NCBI GenBank assembly: GCA_951406725.2
Contig: OX597836.1
Location: 8,928,001-8,992,000 of the forward strand
DNA: 64,000 nucleotides
Reading direction: 5' to 3'
Source: Octopus vulgaris
Lineage: Eukaryota
Below are positions 27,576-40,844 of the stretch, in pieces. The translations under genes were made by a program, and so were the position numbers. The notes below the pieces were generated by a model that was not told the DNA's origin, made no database searches, and saw only the letters and a list, made by a program, of their open reading frames with translations. How positions within the stretch are numbered: position 1 is the stretch's first letter; every line of letters begins with the position of its first letter.

Positions 27576-28276
27576 CCTTTGTAAAATATCCATAAAAATA
27601 CAGATTCCATATATGGATAGATCGATGAAGAAATAGAGGAGGAGAGAAGAAAGAGATAGCAAAGCACAGAGACACGTTATCTACATATTTATGAATATAT
27701 ATATGTATTTACTAATAAGTGTGTAATTAACGTTTTCCTTTCAAACGGGGAATATTCAATCACAAATGCAGAGGAATTTAAGGTTTTTATTAACCCTTTT
27801 TTTTTTTTATCGTATTTCTTTATCGTATTTCTTTATTATTCCTTTACGTTAAGTACGGCTTAAAAGCTTTTGTAAATCCATTAGTCCATTAACGTTTCAA
27901 TACCTTTCGAGCCTCATCAGGGACTGAAATGACCATAAAAGCAGCTTTCCGAGCAGGTCACAAATGATTAGATAGATTCGGTTTTCGACAATAACATTTT
28001 CAACCGCAGATTTACAAACCATGCAGCGCTTTAAGTCCTGACAGATTTCCTTGTTTATTTTACACGTGAAAGATCTATTTTGTTTTTAATTTGCATTTTA
28101 GAATTTTACTATTTTCTTAGTTTCTATTCGTATTTTTGTGGAATTATATGTAAAGTTGTAGCATTGTCAACTGCTCTTTCGAATTCTGTTATATTTGACA
28201 CGCAATTATAATTACTGGCTCATCTAATGACAATGCATTTACCACAAAGGGCCATCTCAGCACAGGGCTGTGCAGC

Positions 28277-28315
<39 letters not shown>

Positions 28316-28320
28316 TATGG

Positions 28321-28358
<38 letters not shown>

Positions 28359-28439
28359 TTATAGAGGTGTAAGATCTGTATTATTTTATCATCTTAAAAC
28401 GCTCAAATACGGAGTCATAACTAGATGCTTGTGTGAACA

Positions 28440-28473
<34 letters not shown>

Positions 28474-28656
28474 TATGCGTTATGTATATATATATATATA
28501 TATATTTATTTATATATAAAAAGATTACGGAGATGTACTTGCATAGCAAGTGACCTGATCTTATATCGTGCGCTGGAACGAAAACAATTGCAGTGTGGAA
28601 GGTGTTTATGAGCCATTTAAGAAACACACAAAAACCGTTAGATTCACTTCAACATG

Positions 28657-28742
<86 letters not shown>

Positions 28743-29820
28743 TGTCAAAACAATATTAAACTATCCTTGCATAGAATAATTCCTTCTCTTGTATACAGCA
28801 CCTGTGAAAATTCTGCGGTTATTTTGAAAACTATAAGATTATTGGAAATTTATAGAAAAGCCGGAAATTGTTTCATAGTCTTTAGCATCCATTAATCCTT
28901 TTCTCTTTTCGATAAAAAGAATAACCCGAATCGTTAGACTTTCTTCTCTTCCTTTCAGTGAAGTAGATATTTTCATTGTACACATTCTTACATTGTTGTT
29001 TCATTTCATTTTCTACCCTTTTGCTTCTCTGTGTTGTTGTCTGTGATTTGCTCCTCTGTGTTGTTGTCTGTCTCTCTTCTTCTCTCATAATCTTATTCAT
29101 TTTGTGTGTTTGTGTTCACGTTGGAGAACGCTAAAATAAGCATGACAAGAATAGTAACCAGGTAGTGTTATTAGCCAGAATTTTCTGATAGGATAACATG
29201 ATTTTACCTCACAGATCTATAAAACTTCGTGTTATTCCGTATGCCAACGATATTGCCGAGCTTTATTTCATAACGTCCATGGTTAAGGCACCAGTCAATG
29301 TTCATTCGAAACAGCTGTAAAGATAAGATTATTACATCACTTAATTTTGTTTATTTACATTCATATCAGTGTAAACACACTCATTACACTAACGTCCTTA
29401 TATATATGTATGCATGTGTAAATATATATATATATAAGTCATTGCCCTACGACAATGCTGGGGGACTACACTGAAGGGTTTAGTCGAACAAATTCAGTCC
29501 AGTACTTACTCCTCTGACTATGGTAGTATTCTATTGGTCTCTTTTACCGAAAACAAACCAACACTAGTTGTCAAGCAGCGGGGCATACACAATGGCATAC
29601 CACACACACGCACAAGGTTCCACACAGTTTCCATTTACCAAATTCATTTTCAAGGCATTAGTCGTGGCATGGCTATAGTAAAAGACACTCGACCAGGATG
29701 CCATGCAGTGGGACTAAACTTGAAGCTGTGATTACAAAGCGAGATTCTTAACCATACAGCAATGTCTTAGCGCTAGTGTGATTTTTATCATTGATATATA
29801 TATATATATATATATATGCA

Positions 29821-30032
29821 CTTTTCTACTCTAGGCACATAGCCCGAAATTTGGGGGGAGGTGGCCAGTCGATTAGAGCGACCCAGTACGCAACTGGTAC
29901 TTAATTTATAAACCCCGAAAGGATGAAAGGCAAAGTCGACCTCGGCGGAATTTGAACTCAGAACGTAGCGGCAGACAAAATACCGCTAAGCATTTCGCCC
30001 GGCGTGCTAACGTTTCTGCAAGCTCGCCGCCT
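29821..30032 (-). mobile_element. SINE family A, full length
   Basis: Complete head-to-tail match to the family. Confidence 0.9.
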
Positions 30033-30044
30033 CTCTCTCTCTCT

Positions 30045-30117
<73 letters not shown>

Positions 30118-31114
30118 TGTGTGTAATAAGGTTATATACGAACACGATAAAATCTGTTTTAAATATAGATGAGTAGATTTGTTTGGTTTAATAGAAACTG
30201 GAAAATGATTAAATCTTGTGGTTAACTCTTTGGAGTGAAAGCGGTGAGAGGGAGGGAGGGGGAGAGAGAGGGGGAAGGAAAGAAGGAAGGAACGGGAACA
30301 AATCGGTTATAGAATATTAAAAATAAATTATGTTAATGCACATATAAACATAAATTATTAATACGGCACAATGCTTAGTAAACCACAGATTATAATCATT
30401 CGAACCAGTTTTGAGGGAATCGAGAACAAGTAATTCCAGACAATGCGTCTGCAGACGTGACTGGTTCTGAGACCGTGCCGTGTGTGGAGGTGGGGTGGAG
30501 CGGTATGGGGCTGGAGCGGGGTGGGGTGGGGGATTGACATGGTTTTTTTTTTTTTGATGGCTCACTTTACTATAAAACTACAAATAAGTAACTTGATGTG
30601 GTTTGCAATTTTACGAGGGGGAAAAATGTTTAGATTCTCTTCAAATGCTAAGCTTTACGATCTTTGTTCTTAGCTAAACCTGCCGGGATTTGAACTCGGA
30701 AAGTAAAGGACCAGGACTAAAAGTGTTTGACGTCGGGTCTCGCGTACCCAAACGATTCAGCCAGCTCGCGAAATCGCAGGATCAAAGGGTTAAAACTAGA
30801 AACGTACCCTTTATAAGTTTCCCTATCCACAACAGGGTTCTCACCTAGAATTCAACCTTCACAGTGGTATCCTTACAAGGTCTCTCACCCTTGGTTTACT
30901 CTATATAAGACAAGTTCGATCCCGCAACCTCAATCACTTCTTTGGGAGCTGAAAAATAGGACGGGGTGGACATTATTTTGAGTTTGAAATCCCTAAATTT
31001 ATTTTTGAAGGGGCCACCGTATATATGTCAAAGCACCTCGTTAATTTTATAGAGGTCCCGTTGTTTTGAAGCAGTTAATTTGACGAGGACCTGTAATTCA
31101 TTTTACTACAATAA

Positions 31115-31500
31115 ACAGTGTGGCTGTGTGGTTGGGAAGCTTTCTTCCCAACCATGCGGTTAGGGGTTCAGTTCCACTGCGCGGCTTCTGGCGTAAATGT
31201 TTTCTGCTACAGACACGGGCCAACTGAAGTCTTCTAAGTGGATTTTGTGGACGGAAACTGAAAGAAGCCTATTGTATAATGTATCTGAGTCTTTGTGTCT
31301 GTGTTTGTCTCCCACCGCTGCCTCACGGCGGGTGTTTGTTTGTTTACGTTTTCGTAAATTAGCAGTTTCGGTAAAAGACGCTGACAGGATAAATACCAGG
31401 CTTAAAAGAAAAAAAGTACCTGAGTGGATTTTGTCTTGCCTAAGCCCTTCATGGTGGTGCTCCAGCATGGCCGCCGTCCAATGACTGAAACAAAAGATAA
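31115..31500 (+). mobile_element. SINE family B
   Basis: gtggctgtgtggttgggaagc...cagcatggccgccgtccaatgactgaaac. Confidence 0.85.
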
Positions 31501-31585
31501 ACAATGATTAAAGAATAATCAATCGCTGAGAAGGGGACGGTATTTCGATTTATAACCGTAATACCCCAAAGTAAAAAATAATAAT

Positions 31586-31824
31586 AAATGCGCCCTTTTA
31601 AAGCCTAGCCAGGCTCATGGTCCCGGTTTCCCGGTTTCAATGGCGTATGTGTTCCCCATCTGGATGAGACACCAGTCCATCGCAGTGTTACTCATTTTTG
31701 CCAGCTGAGTGGACTGGAGCAACGGGAAATGAAGTGTTTTGCTCAAGAACATAATGTCCAGGAATCGAAACCACAATCTTACGATCATGATGCTGACACC
31801 GTAACCACTAAGCCACGCGCCTCC
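31586..31824 (-). mobile_element. SINE family C, full length, approximate TSD acccc(a/c)aagtaaa
   Basis: Nearly identical to 52594-52842. Confidence 0.9.
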
Positions 31825-32431
31825 ACACCCCCAAGTAAATTACAACTATATTAAAGGTTTTAAAAGTAGGTGTCTTTTAAAACAAAACTAGATCTCCTCC
31901 TGTTGAGAATTCCAGGTGACCCTACCTCACGGTAGGAAACGCACATGAGGGCAGATATAGGCGGCAACATCAAACTCCATTCTTCACCGAATGCCACATA
32001 CCAGAGGAGGTTTCAAGTGGTGAAGGTGCACCAAAGTTTACTCTGGTGTCACAGCATGGCCGCAGCTCTAGTAAAACGTAAAATATATGTGAAATAGATA
32101 AAAATAGAATGAATGAAAGAAAGAAATGATGTAAATGTGGAGACACCTTGAGAGAATATGGCCTCAGACCTTTGTGCCTCGCTGTATATCGTAACGAAGT
32201 GAAATGGTTAATCTAATCTCTGAACTTGCTTGCGTCTATCGATCTGAACTGCGGATTAATCATTTTAAATGTTATTGCTTGCATAAAGACTGATCAAATC
32301 AGCATTGTATTAGAGGAGAGAAAGAGAAAAGAGATGAAAGGGAAGCGGAGAAGGAAGGGCATTGGTGGAAGTGTTTAGAGAAAGGACAAAGAAATACGAG
32401 GCGAATCGTTAGTCTTCAAAAATTTGTATTG

Positions 32432-32470
<39 letters not shown>

Positions 32471-32545
32471 GTATACATACGCGCATATATAGATACACAC
32501 ACACATGCATACATACACACATACATATATATATATGTAGGTGTA

Positions 32546-32690
32546 GGCGTAGGAGTGGTTGTGTGGTAAGTAGCTTGCTTACGAAAAAATATGGTTCCGG
32601 GTTCAGTCCCACTGCGTGGCCACCTTGGGCAAGTGTCTTCTAAAGCCTTGTGAATGGATTTAGTAGGCGGAAACTGAAAGAAGCCCGTCG

Positions 32691-32734
<44 letters not shown>

Positions 32735-33586
32735 GTGTGCGTGTGTATGTTTGTCTATTTGTAACCCCCCCACACACACACATCGCTTGACAACCGATGT
32801 TGGTGTGTTTACGTCCCCGTAACTTAGCGGTTCGGCAAAATAATAGATAGACTAAGTACTGGGCTTATAAAGGATAAGTTAGTTCTGGGGTCGATTTGTT
32901 CGACTAAAGGCGCTGCTCCAGCATGGCCGCAGTCAAATGACCGAAACAAGTAAAAAGAATAAAAGAATATATTTTTCGGGTATTGTAAACAGGGATTTTG
33001 TCTCCCTTTTTTCTGCATCTAAAGATATGGCACGACAGAAACGGCCGTCGATAATGTACGGTGTAATCTTCAATTAAAGATGTGGTTTTATTCATTAGCG
33101 GGAAGAAGATGATGGTTATATGTAAACAACTCTGAGAAGATCTTGCATTTTGTGGAAAAAAAAAAAAAGTGTTGATCCATAGGCGCAGGAGTGGCTGTGT
33201 GGTAAGTAGCTTGCTAACCAACCACAAGGTTCCGGGTTCAGTCCCACTGCGTGGCATCTTGGGCAAGTGTCTTCTGCTATAGCCCCGGGCCGACCAATGC
33301 CTTGTGAGTGGATTTGGTAGACGGAAACTGAAAGAAGCCTGTCGTATATATGTATATATATATATATATATGTGTGTGTATGTGTGTATGTTTGTGTGTC
33401 TGTGTTTGTCCCTCTAGCATTGCTTGACAACCGATGCTGGTGTGTTTACGTCCCCGTCACTTAGCGGTTCGGCAAAAGAGACCGATAGAATAAGTACTGG
33501 GCTTACAAAGAATAAGTCCGATGCTGATGTGTTTACGTCCCCGTCACTTAGTCTGAAACAAGTAAAAGAGAGTAAAAGAAAGAGAG
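32546..33586 (+). mobile_element. Two full-length SINE family B copies (32546-32967, 33182-33586)
   Basis: Head ggcgcaggagtggctgtgtggtaag, B box gggttcagtccc, cttgggcaagtgtctt, internal (TA/TG)n, tail gactgaaacaagtaaaagag. Confidence 0.92.
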
Positions 33587-33818
33587 TATAAGAAAATTAC
33601 GATACATGGAATAGTCTGCATGCCTTTGTTTAAACAGTAAACCAACAATTACGTCATCTTATTACTAAAACAAAAGAATAGGACCTCAGTTACGTCATTA
33701 ATCTGTGGTATTGATTACGGACTGTCGGCTCGTTTTATGTAAACTTAACTATCAACACGCGTGTGGCATGCGCATACACCAAACATGCGAGTGTGTGCGT
33801 GCTTGTGTGTGAGAGAGA

Positions 33819-33884
<66 letters not shown>

Positions 33885-34572
33885 GAGAAGATGTGGGTGG
33901 GAGAGAAACTGTAGTAGTAAGAAAAGTATTTTTAGAAAAGAATGAAATTTATTTTAGTCTCTGAATATTTTGAGTCTTAGGCTCTTAATCAGGATGAAAG
34001 AGAATTAAGACAAAATCGTCAGTGAAATTCAGTATGTTTCATGTTCACCATATTTCAGGATGGTGGTAGGATAATTTCTTTTCGTCAATCAAGGATATAA
34101 GTGAATATCTTCGCAGGTCCTAATATTTTTGGATGAAAACTCATCAAGAATACTTGGAACTAATAGGCCAAAATTAATTTTCTATGTGTAAGGCCTTTGT
34201 CGAGTAATGAGGTACACCCCAGTTTGACTAAGCTTCGTTGACGGGATCTAGAACGGTCGAAACATGTTCGTTGCGCTTATGAAAATTCCATCAGACCTTT
34301 AAACGGGTCGTGTATTTTTTCTATAGGGTTTCTAGCAACTGCGCTCATCAGGTTATCGTTGTGAATTAGCCGGGTTTGTAGACGACTACCCAACCGTTAC
34401 GCAAGTTGAGATTGTATGATACTATTTACGTTCATTTGGGATTGTAGCACACACACACGTATGCGTTTGTGTGTGTGTGTGTGTTGTGGAAATATACATG
34501 TAATGTGTGTGTATGAATATACGTATGCTTCTGTGCTTGTGTACATATATTTCTGACAATATACGTACATAC

Positions 34573-34988
34573 TATTTCTTTACTACCCACAAGGGGCGAA
34601 ACACAGAGGACAAACAAGGACAGACAAACGGATTAACTCGATTATATCGACCCCAGTGCGTAACTGGTACTTATTTAATCGACTCCGAAAGGATGAAAGG
34701 CAAAGTCGACCTCGGCGGAATTTGAACTCAGAACGTAGCGGCAGACGAAATACCTATTTCTTTACTACCCACAAGGGGCGAAACACAGAGGGGACAAACA
34801 AGGACAGACAAAGGGATTAAGTCGATTATATAGACCCCAGTGCGTAACTAGTACTTTATTTAATCGACCCCGAAAGTATGAAAGGCAAAGTCGACCTCGG
34901 CGGAATTTGAACTCAGAACGTAACGGCGGACGAAATACCACGAAGCATGTCGCCCGGCGTGCTAACGTGTCTGCCAGCTCGCCGCCTT
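34573..34988 (-). mobile_element. SINE family A dimer with perfect 23-bp target-site duplication
   Basis: tttctgacaatatacgtacatac at 34550-34572 and 34989-35011. Confidence 0.92.
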
Positions 34989-35012
34989 TTTCTGACAATA
35001 TACGTACATACA

Positions 35013-35052
<40 letters not shown>

Positions 35053-35179
35053 CGCACAAACGCAATCACCAATACGTTGTATGTGTAAATGAATGTAGAT
35101 GTATTTTTTCACGTTTGTGTGTGTGTGTGTGTGTGTGTTAGATTGTACCTGTACCTTTCTCTCTCTCTCTCTCCCATAT

Positions 35180-35217
<38 letters not shown>

Positions 35218-35399
35218 CAGTAAATCCATACACGTGACTGTTTGTGTAACATTCTCCGCTCTTCCTTTTCATTAAAAACAAATAGCACAATAAATTGGGT
35301 GGGTGGGGCAGCGTTTTTAATTTTCTCTTCACACACACACATGCACACCTTTATATGTATGCACACACACATCACCGCCACCGTCTCACTTTCACACAC

Positions 35400-35800
35400 A
35401 CACACACACTCTCTCTCTCGTTCTCTCTCAGTTACTCTCTCCTCCTCTCTCTTTGTTACTCTCTCTTTATCACTAGCTCACCCTCTAGAATCTCCCTGTC
35501 TCTCTCTCTATCTCTTTCTATCTCTTCATTCGACTTCATCCGTTTCTGTTTTCTTCCTCTCTCTCCCATCCTCTCCCTCCCCTCTCTCTCCCTCCCCTTT
35601 CTCCCTCTCCTTTTTCTCTCTCCTTTCTCCCTCTTCATTCTCCCTCCCCTCTCTCCATCCCTCCACGTTCCTTCTTTTCACCCGCTCCTCCTTTCTCTTC
35701 TCTGTCGTCATTCTCGTATTCGTTTAATTCCTGGAATGGTTTTACCCAAATCTCCCTCCACCTCCTTCATTGCCCCTCCTCTCACTTCATCCCGCCTCCG
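35400..35800. repeat. CT-rich polypyrimidine tract
   Basis: Directly visible. Confidence 0.85.
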
Positions 35801-36344
35801 CCCTCATTCCGAGTGTCCCTTTTGCGCTTATCATCTTTCTCTCTTTCGTTTTCCTCTTTTTCTAACCATTTATCCCTATTCTCGCAGCCATTTTAACATT
35901 ACCACCACCACCACCACCACCACCCTGTTCTTCACTGCCACCACCCTGTTCCTCACTGCCACCACCCCACACATACACACATACATACCTTAGCCAGTCA
36001 CCTCTCGCCATATAAAAGACAAGACAATATTCTTATCGCCTCATAGTGTCCTACAATACGATTTCTTATTGGAAGCTTCCCACCTGGCAGTGAGATCACC
36101 ATCACTTCATTTGATTTTCCTTTTTTTTTTTTTTGTCTTTTCTGGCCCACGCTGCTTCGTTGAGTATATACCCAGGGTGTTATCCAATACCTCCCTCATC
36201 GATATTGTATTAACTTGGGTGGATAGACTTTAAACCCAACGGTCAGCAAGTTCGTTTGTGTGAACAGATTCTAATATCTACATAACCTGTCCGTCTTTAT
36301 CCGTCCCGCCTATGTTGTCTTCCTCTTGTTCTCATTACCTACCT

Positions 36345-36468
36345 ACCTATATATATATATATATATACGTGTGGATGTGTATATATATATACGTGTGGAT
36401 GTATATATATATATATATATATATACGTGTGGATGTGTATATATATATATATATATATATACGTGTGG

Positions 36469-36522
<54 letters not shown>

Positions 36523-36765
36523 GTGTGGATGTGTATATATATATATACGTGTGGATGTGTATATATATATATATACGTGTGGATGTGTATATATATGTAT
36601 ATATATATATATACGTGTGGATGTGTATATATATATATATAAGTGTGGATGTGTATATATATATATATACGTGTGGATGTGTATATATATATATATACGT
36701 GTGGATGTGTATATATATGTATATATATATACGTGTGGATGTGTATATATATGTATGTATATATA
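36345..36765. repeat. Punctuated minisatellite: ~12 copies of ACGTGTGGATGT separated by variable (TA)n
   Basis: Directly visible. Confidence 0.9.
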
Positions 36766-36871
36766 TATATGTGTGTGTGTGCGTGTATATATGTATATAT
36801 ATCTTGTTTGTGTGAAACATTTTTTCTATTAACATTTACCTATTTTAAACATAAATGACAGTAACGGCAGC

Positions 36872-36903
<32 letters not shown>

Positions 36904-37254
36904 GCGACACCCACGAGAATCGTGAATCTAATCCGATTGCACCCGAGATTGTCACAAAAGGCAAATGGCGTCGTAAGATCGGAAGCACAGCTTGTGTCAT
37001 TTACACACTGGTACACATTGATACGAAGATAGACAAACGCATACAGAAGCAATAACCGTTTACACACACACACACACACACACACACGTATTTCGCTCGT
37101 TCAAATACTGACAAATGAAATTTTTTAATGAATTTCTACATAAGTACAACGCTCAAAATAAAATACGAGCTGAGTGTATTCGTTCGATTAAAACTTCTTT
37201 AAGGCGGTGCCCCAGCATGGCCGCAGTCTAATGATTGAAACAAGTAAAAGATTA

Positions 37255-37925
37255 AAATATACTTTTAATAATGGTTTCAGATTTTGACGCTAGGCCAGCA
37301 ATTTCGGGAACGTGGGTAAGTCGGGGTGTGTCGACCCTCGTCCTCGTCTTGAAAGGATGAAAGGCAAAGTTGACCTCGGCAGAATTTAAAATCAGATACT
37401 TTTAATATTGGTTTCAAATTTTAGCACAAGGCCAGCAAGTTTAGGGAAAGGTCAACTGGTACTTATTTTATCGTTCTCCGTAGGATGAAAGGCAAAGTCA
37501 GCCTCGGCGAAAATGAACTCGGAACGTAAAACTAGACGAAATACCTATTTCTTTACTGCTCACAAGGGGCTAAACACAGAGGGGACAAACAAGGACAGAC
37601 AAACGGATCAATTCGACATATATCGACCCTGAAAGGATGAAAGGCAAAGTCGACCTCAGCGGAATTTGAACTCAGAACGTAGCAGCAGACGAAATACCGC
37701 TAAGCATTTTGCCCCGTATGCTACCGACTCTGCCTTAGATACTTTTAATATTGGTTTCAAAGTTTGGTACAATGCCAGGAATTGAGGTGGAGGAGGGGTG
37801 CTAGTTGATTACGTCTGCCCCAGTGTTCAACTGGTATTTAATTTATCGATTCCACCCCGACCCGAAAGGATGAGAAGCAAAGTCGACCTCGGCGGAATAG
37901 ATACTTTCGATATTGGTTTCAGTTT
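37255..37925 (-). mobile_element. Tandem array of truncated SINE family A units
   Basis: Each unit starts with atacttttaata(t/a)tggtttca or a close variant (~37259, 37395, 37739, 37901). Confidence 0.8.
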
Positions 37926-38097
37926 AAGTTTACACATCGCAGTCGCAATATTTTTATTTAACCCCCTTTCTAGTCCTTCCTCAATGAAGATCAGTAGCAC
38001 TGGCTTTCGATTACCAGCATACACATAAACAAACATGCACTTACACAAACACGTTCACACACACAAAAGCATACGAAATTATAGAGAACAAATTTAA

Positions 38098-38580
38098 CCC
38101 GTTGCCTGCCATGAGCCCCATTTGGGGATCTGCTAAAAAAACAGTCTCACTTCCGGTTCTTCGCTGTATTTAAAGTGAATTGCTAATGGACATTGCATTT
38201 GCAGAGGTCTGTTTAACAATATTTAGTAATTAAAGTTTATCATTATTAGCTCTGGCTAATTCTAGAGGACATTTTATGTCATAAATTATAATTTCTGAAC
38301 GGCAAAATATCGACTGTTTTGAAAACTTTTATTTTCCTATCTATATCATTTCATACACATTCACACTTGATACTACAGTTTCAAAAAAGCTAAAATGTTT
38401 ATTATTTCAATTGAAAAGAAAAGGATAACTATATTTGTTTTCAGCGATCCCCGTTTGGTACTTTTCGAAAAATTTATCATAATTTCCAAAATGAAAAAAA
38501 TTAAATACTATATATTTTAACTCCTAAGACACCTGGCAAAGCGAAAAGATATGAATTTTTAAAATTTGGCAGTTAATGGA
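38098..38580. mobile_element. piggyBac-like MITE
   Basis: TTAA-cccgttgcctgcca ... tggcagttaatgga-TTAT; AT-rich interior. Confidence 0.55.
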
Positions 38581-38999
38581 TTATCAGAGGTTATAAAGTT
38601 ATCGTATAGTCAGTTTGTGTTGGTGATTTCATCCGCAGAATAGGTAACTCGGCTGCAAAATAGCCCTCCGATCAGGGATATGTTGGCCTGCACACTTAGC
38701 CAGTGGGGTGGCATCATTCGAAAGCTAAAACGATGCCGGCGCATAGTGACCAGCGATGTATAACAATATTTGTTAGTCCGGTCGATGCTGTGATATATAA
38801 CAGCTTCCCTGTGTGGTTCGCATATATTGCACGTTCCATGCTACACCTCTGGAAGTAGGGCCGCCGATTATATCGATCTCGGCATTCAATTGATATTTGT
38901 TGACCTCGGAAAATAACAAGGCCCCGTTGAACTTGAACTCAAGGCTTAAAGATGGTGGTAGTGGTGTGGTGGTGGTGCTGTGGTAGTGGTGCTGTGGTG

Positions 39000-39400
39000 A
39001 ACTCTCGTCGCTTCGACGAATGACGGTGGGGGTTCACCAGGTGACAGCTGCACAGCCTAACTGTCCTCAATTCAGTTTTGTCCGCTTGGCTTATGAAGAA
39101 AGTGTGGCGGTGTTGGTGCCGATGTTTTGGTTTGCCGAACAAATCTGCACAATCGGTATGGTTCGTGCAGAGCCAGGCCCACTCCCACATCTTTCAAGCT
39201 CGAATTGGTCAGGTGCAACAAGGGTCACGAACTCAGATAACTCCATGTATTTCCTGCATCCTCATGATGCAGGAATGCCAATTAATGCATAGCTGGGGCC
39301 TTAACGTGTCCCAGCTACTCCCGATCGGAGTAGACCTTGGAAAAATAGTGGCTAACAGGGAGTTTCACACCTTTTGAAATACCGAACCACCCGATTTAGT
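39000..39400 (-). mobile_element. Highly decayed RTE-like LINE 3' end
   Basis: Remnants resembling WxGHVxR, GEL and LKxCG in the expected order, ending in a short-repeat tail. Confidence 0.35.
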
Positions 39401-39605
39401 GTGCAACTAAATACTTCAGGGTGATTTTGTCTGTCAGCCCCATTGATACTATCATGTTAATGAAATGTAAAATTAGTCAGTGATTCGTTAGCATTTGGCG
39501 TTGAGTTTGCCGCTAGATTCAGCCGCTGGACTTAGCTACCGTTTAAGTTCAACCCCCTATTCACAAGACAGACATCGTTTTTCACCATTTTTTTCACACA
39601 CACAC

Positions 39606-39645
<40 letters not shown>

Positions 39646-40042
39646 TGTTGAAACAGTTGAAACACTCCTGTCACAACCTGGGACCTTGAAGACTGCTTAA
39701 ATGCAAGATAGTATACTAGTCCCTTAATATTTGATATTCAATATTTCATCTGCTCAATAACACAATCAATACTTCATTTCATTTTACAATATATATATAT
39801 TATTTACACTATATATTCTATATTCTACATTAATATTATAAAGAATATAAATAAAACATTAAAAAAAACAGAGTTGGAATTCCTTTGAATAATATATATC
39901 CCTCTATATACAATCATACAAACCCCTTTATATATATATGTGTGTGTGTGTGTGTGTGAGTTCACGAAAAACACAAAAGATGAAGACAGGCGGTGTACAA
40001 ACAAACAGATGTATTAGTATAACGCTCAGGAATAGAAAAAGT

Positions 40043-40078
40043 CTCCAACGTTTCGAGCCTACGCTCTTCTACAGAAAG
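40043..40078 (-). ncRNA. Hammerhead-like motif with CUGU core variant
   Basis: CTTT-CTGTAGA-A-GAGC(GTAG)GCTC-GAAAC-GTT-GGAG; a related copy lies on + at 2354-2392. Confidence 0.4.
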
Positions 40079-40341
40079 GGACACAGAAAAAACAAAGAGA
40101 GAAACAAGGAGAGAAAAAATGTGTGTTGTGGCTAACGATCTATTATGGCAACACACACACACATATGTGTGTTTTTATGTTATAATAAAAACAATTTTAC
40201 ATTTAATTGAACGATTACTTTATTTGGTACAGTACAAGTTTATTATTCTCTAACAAGAACTGTGTTGACAGTGACTCCGAAGTTTCGACCACCTAAGCCG
40301 TAATGTGTATGTTTGAATATGTGTGTGTGTATGCGTTGAAC

Positions 40342-40381
<40 letters not shown>

Positions 40382-40844
40382 CGTGTGTATGTTTGTGTTT
40401 GTATAGACTTGTGTATGTATGTGTGCCGTGCTCTGTATATCATACATTTCAACAATACAGATCAACAAGATAAATAACCAGTCGTATGTAGAGGAGCAAC
40501 AAAGCTTCTATTGTTCGGCGACGTCACCGCATTAAACTGGTTCGTTATTCAAGCGCTGAACCTCTGAAAAAATATCTGACTTTTTTATTTTCTCCAACAG
40601 TTTTTACGGAGTTCATCAAACGCTATTTAACCGCTTCTATTCAGTTTTTGTGAGAATTCTAAACATTCAAGGTTAGTGTGTTGGTATTTGGTTACCTAAA
40701 TTAACTTTAACTGTGCTTTTTTACATTTTATCCGATTACACTGTTAGATTCACAGTAACATGTCCGAAACAAAAAAAAAACAGGTGTTTTCTTGTTGTTT
40801 TTCGTTTTTGTTTTGCGTTTTTTTTATAATTATAAGCTTTTAAC

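Noticed and set aside
36345-36765. CRISPR-like repeat-spacer appearance
   Set aside because: Repeats are only 12 bp, spacers are pure (TA)n, the context is eukaryotic and there are no cas genes.
40601-40671. 71-nt segment bounded by tctccaacag and gttagt
   Set aside because: Could be a cryptic or non-coding exon, but there is no recognisable peptide and the AT-rich surroundings look like a decayed transposon.
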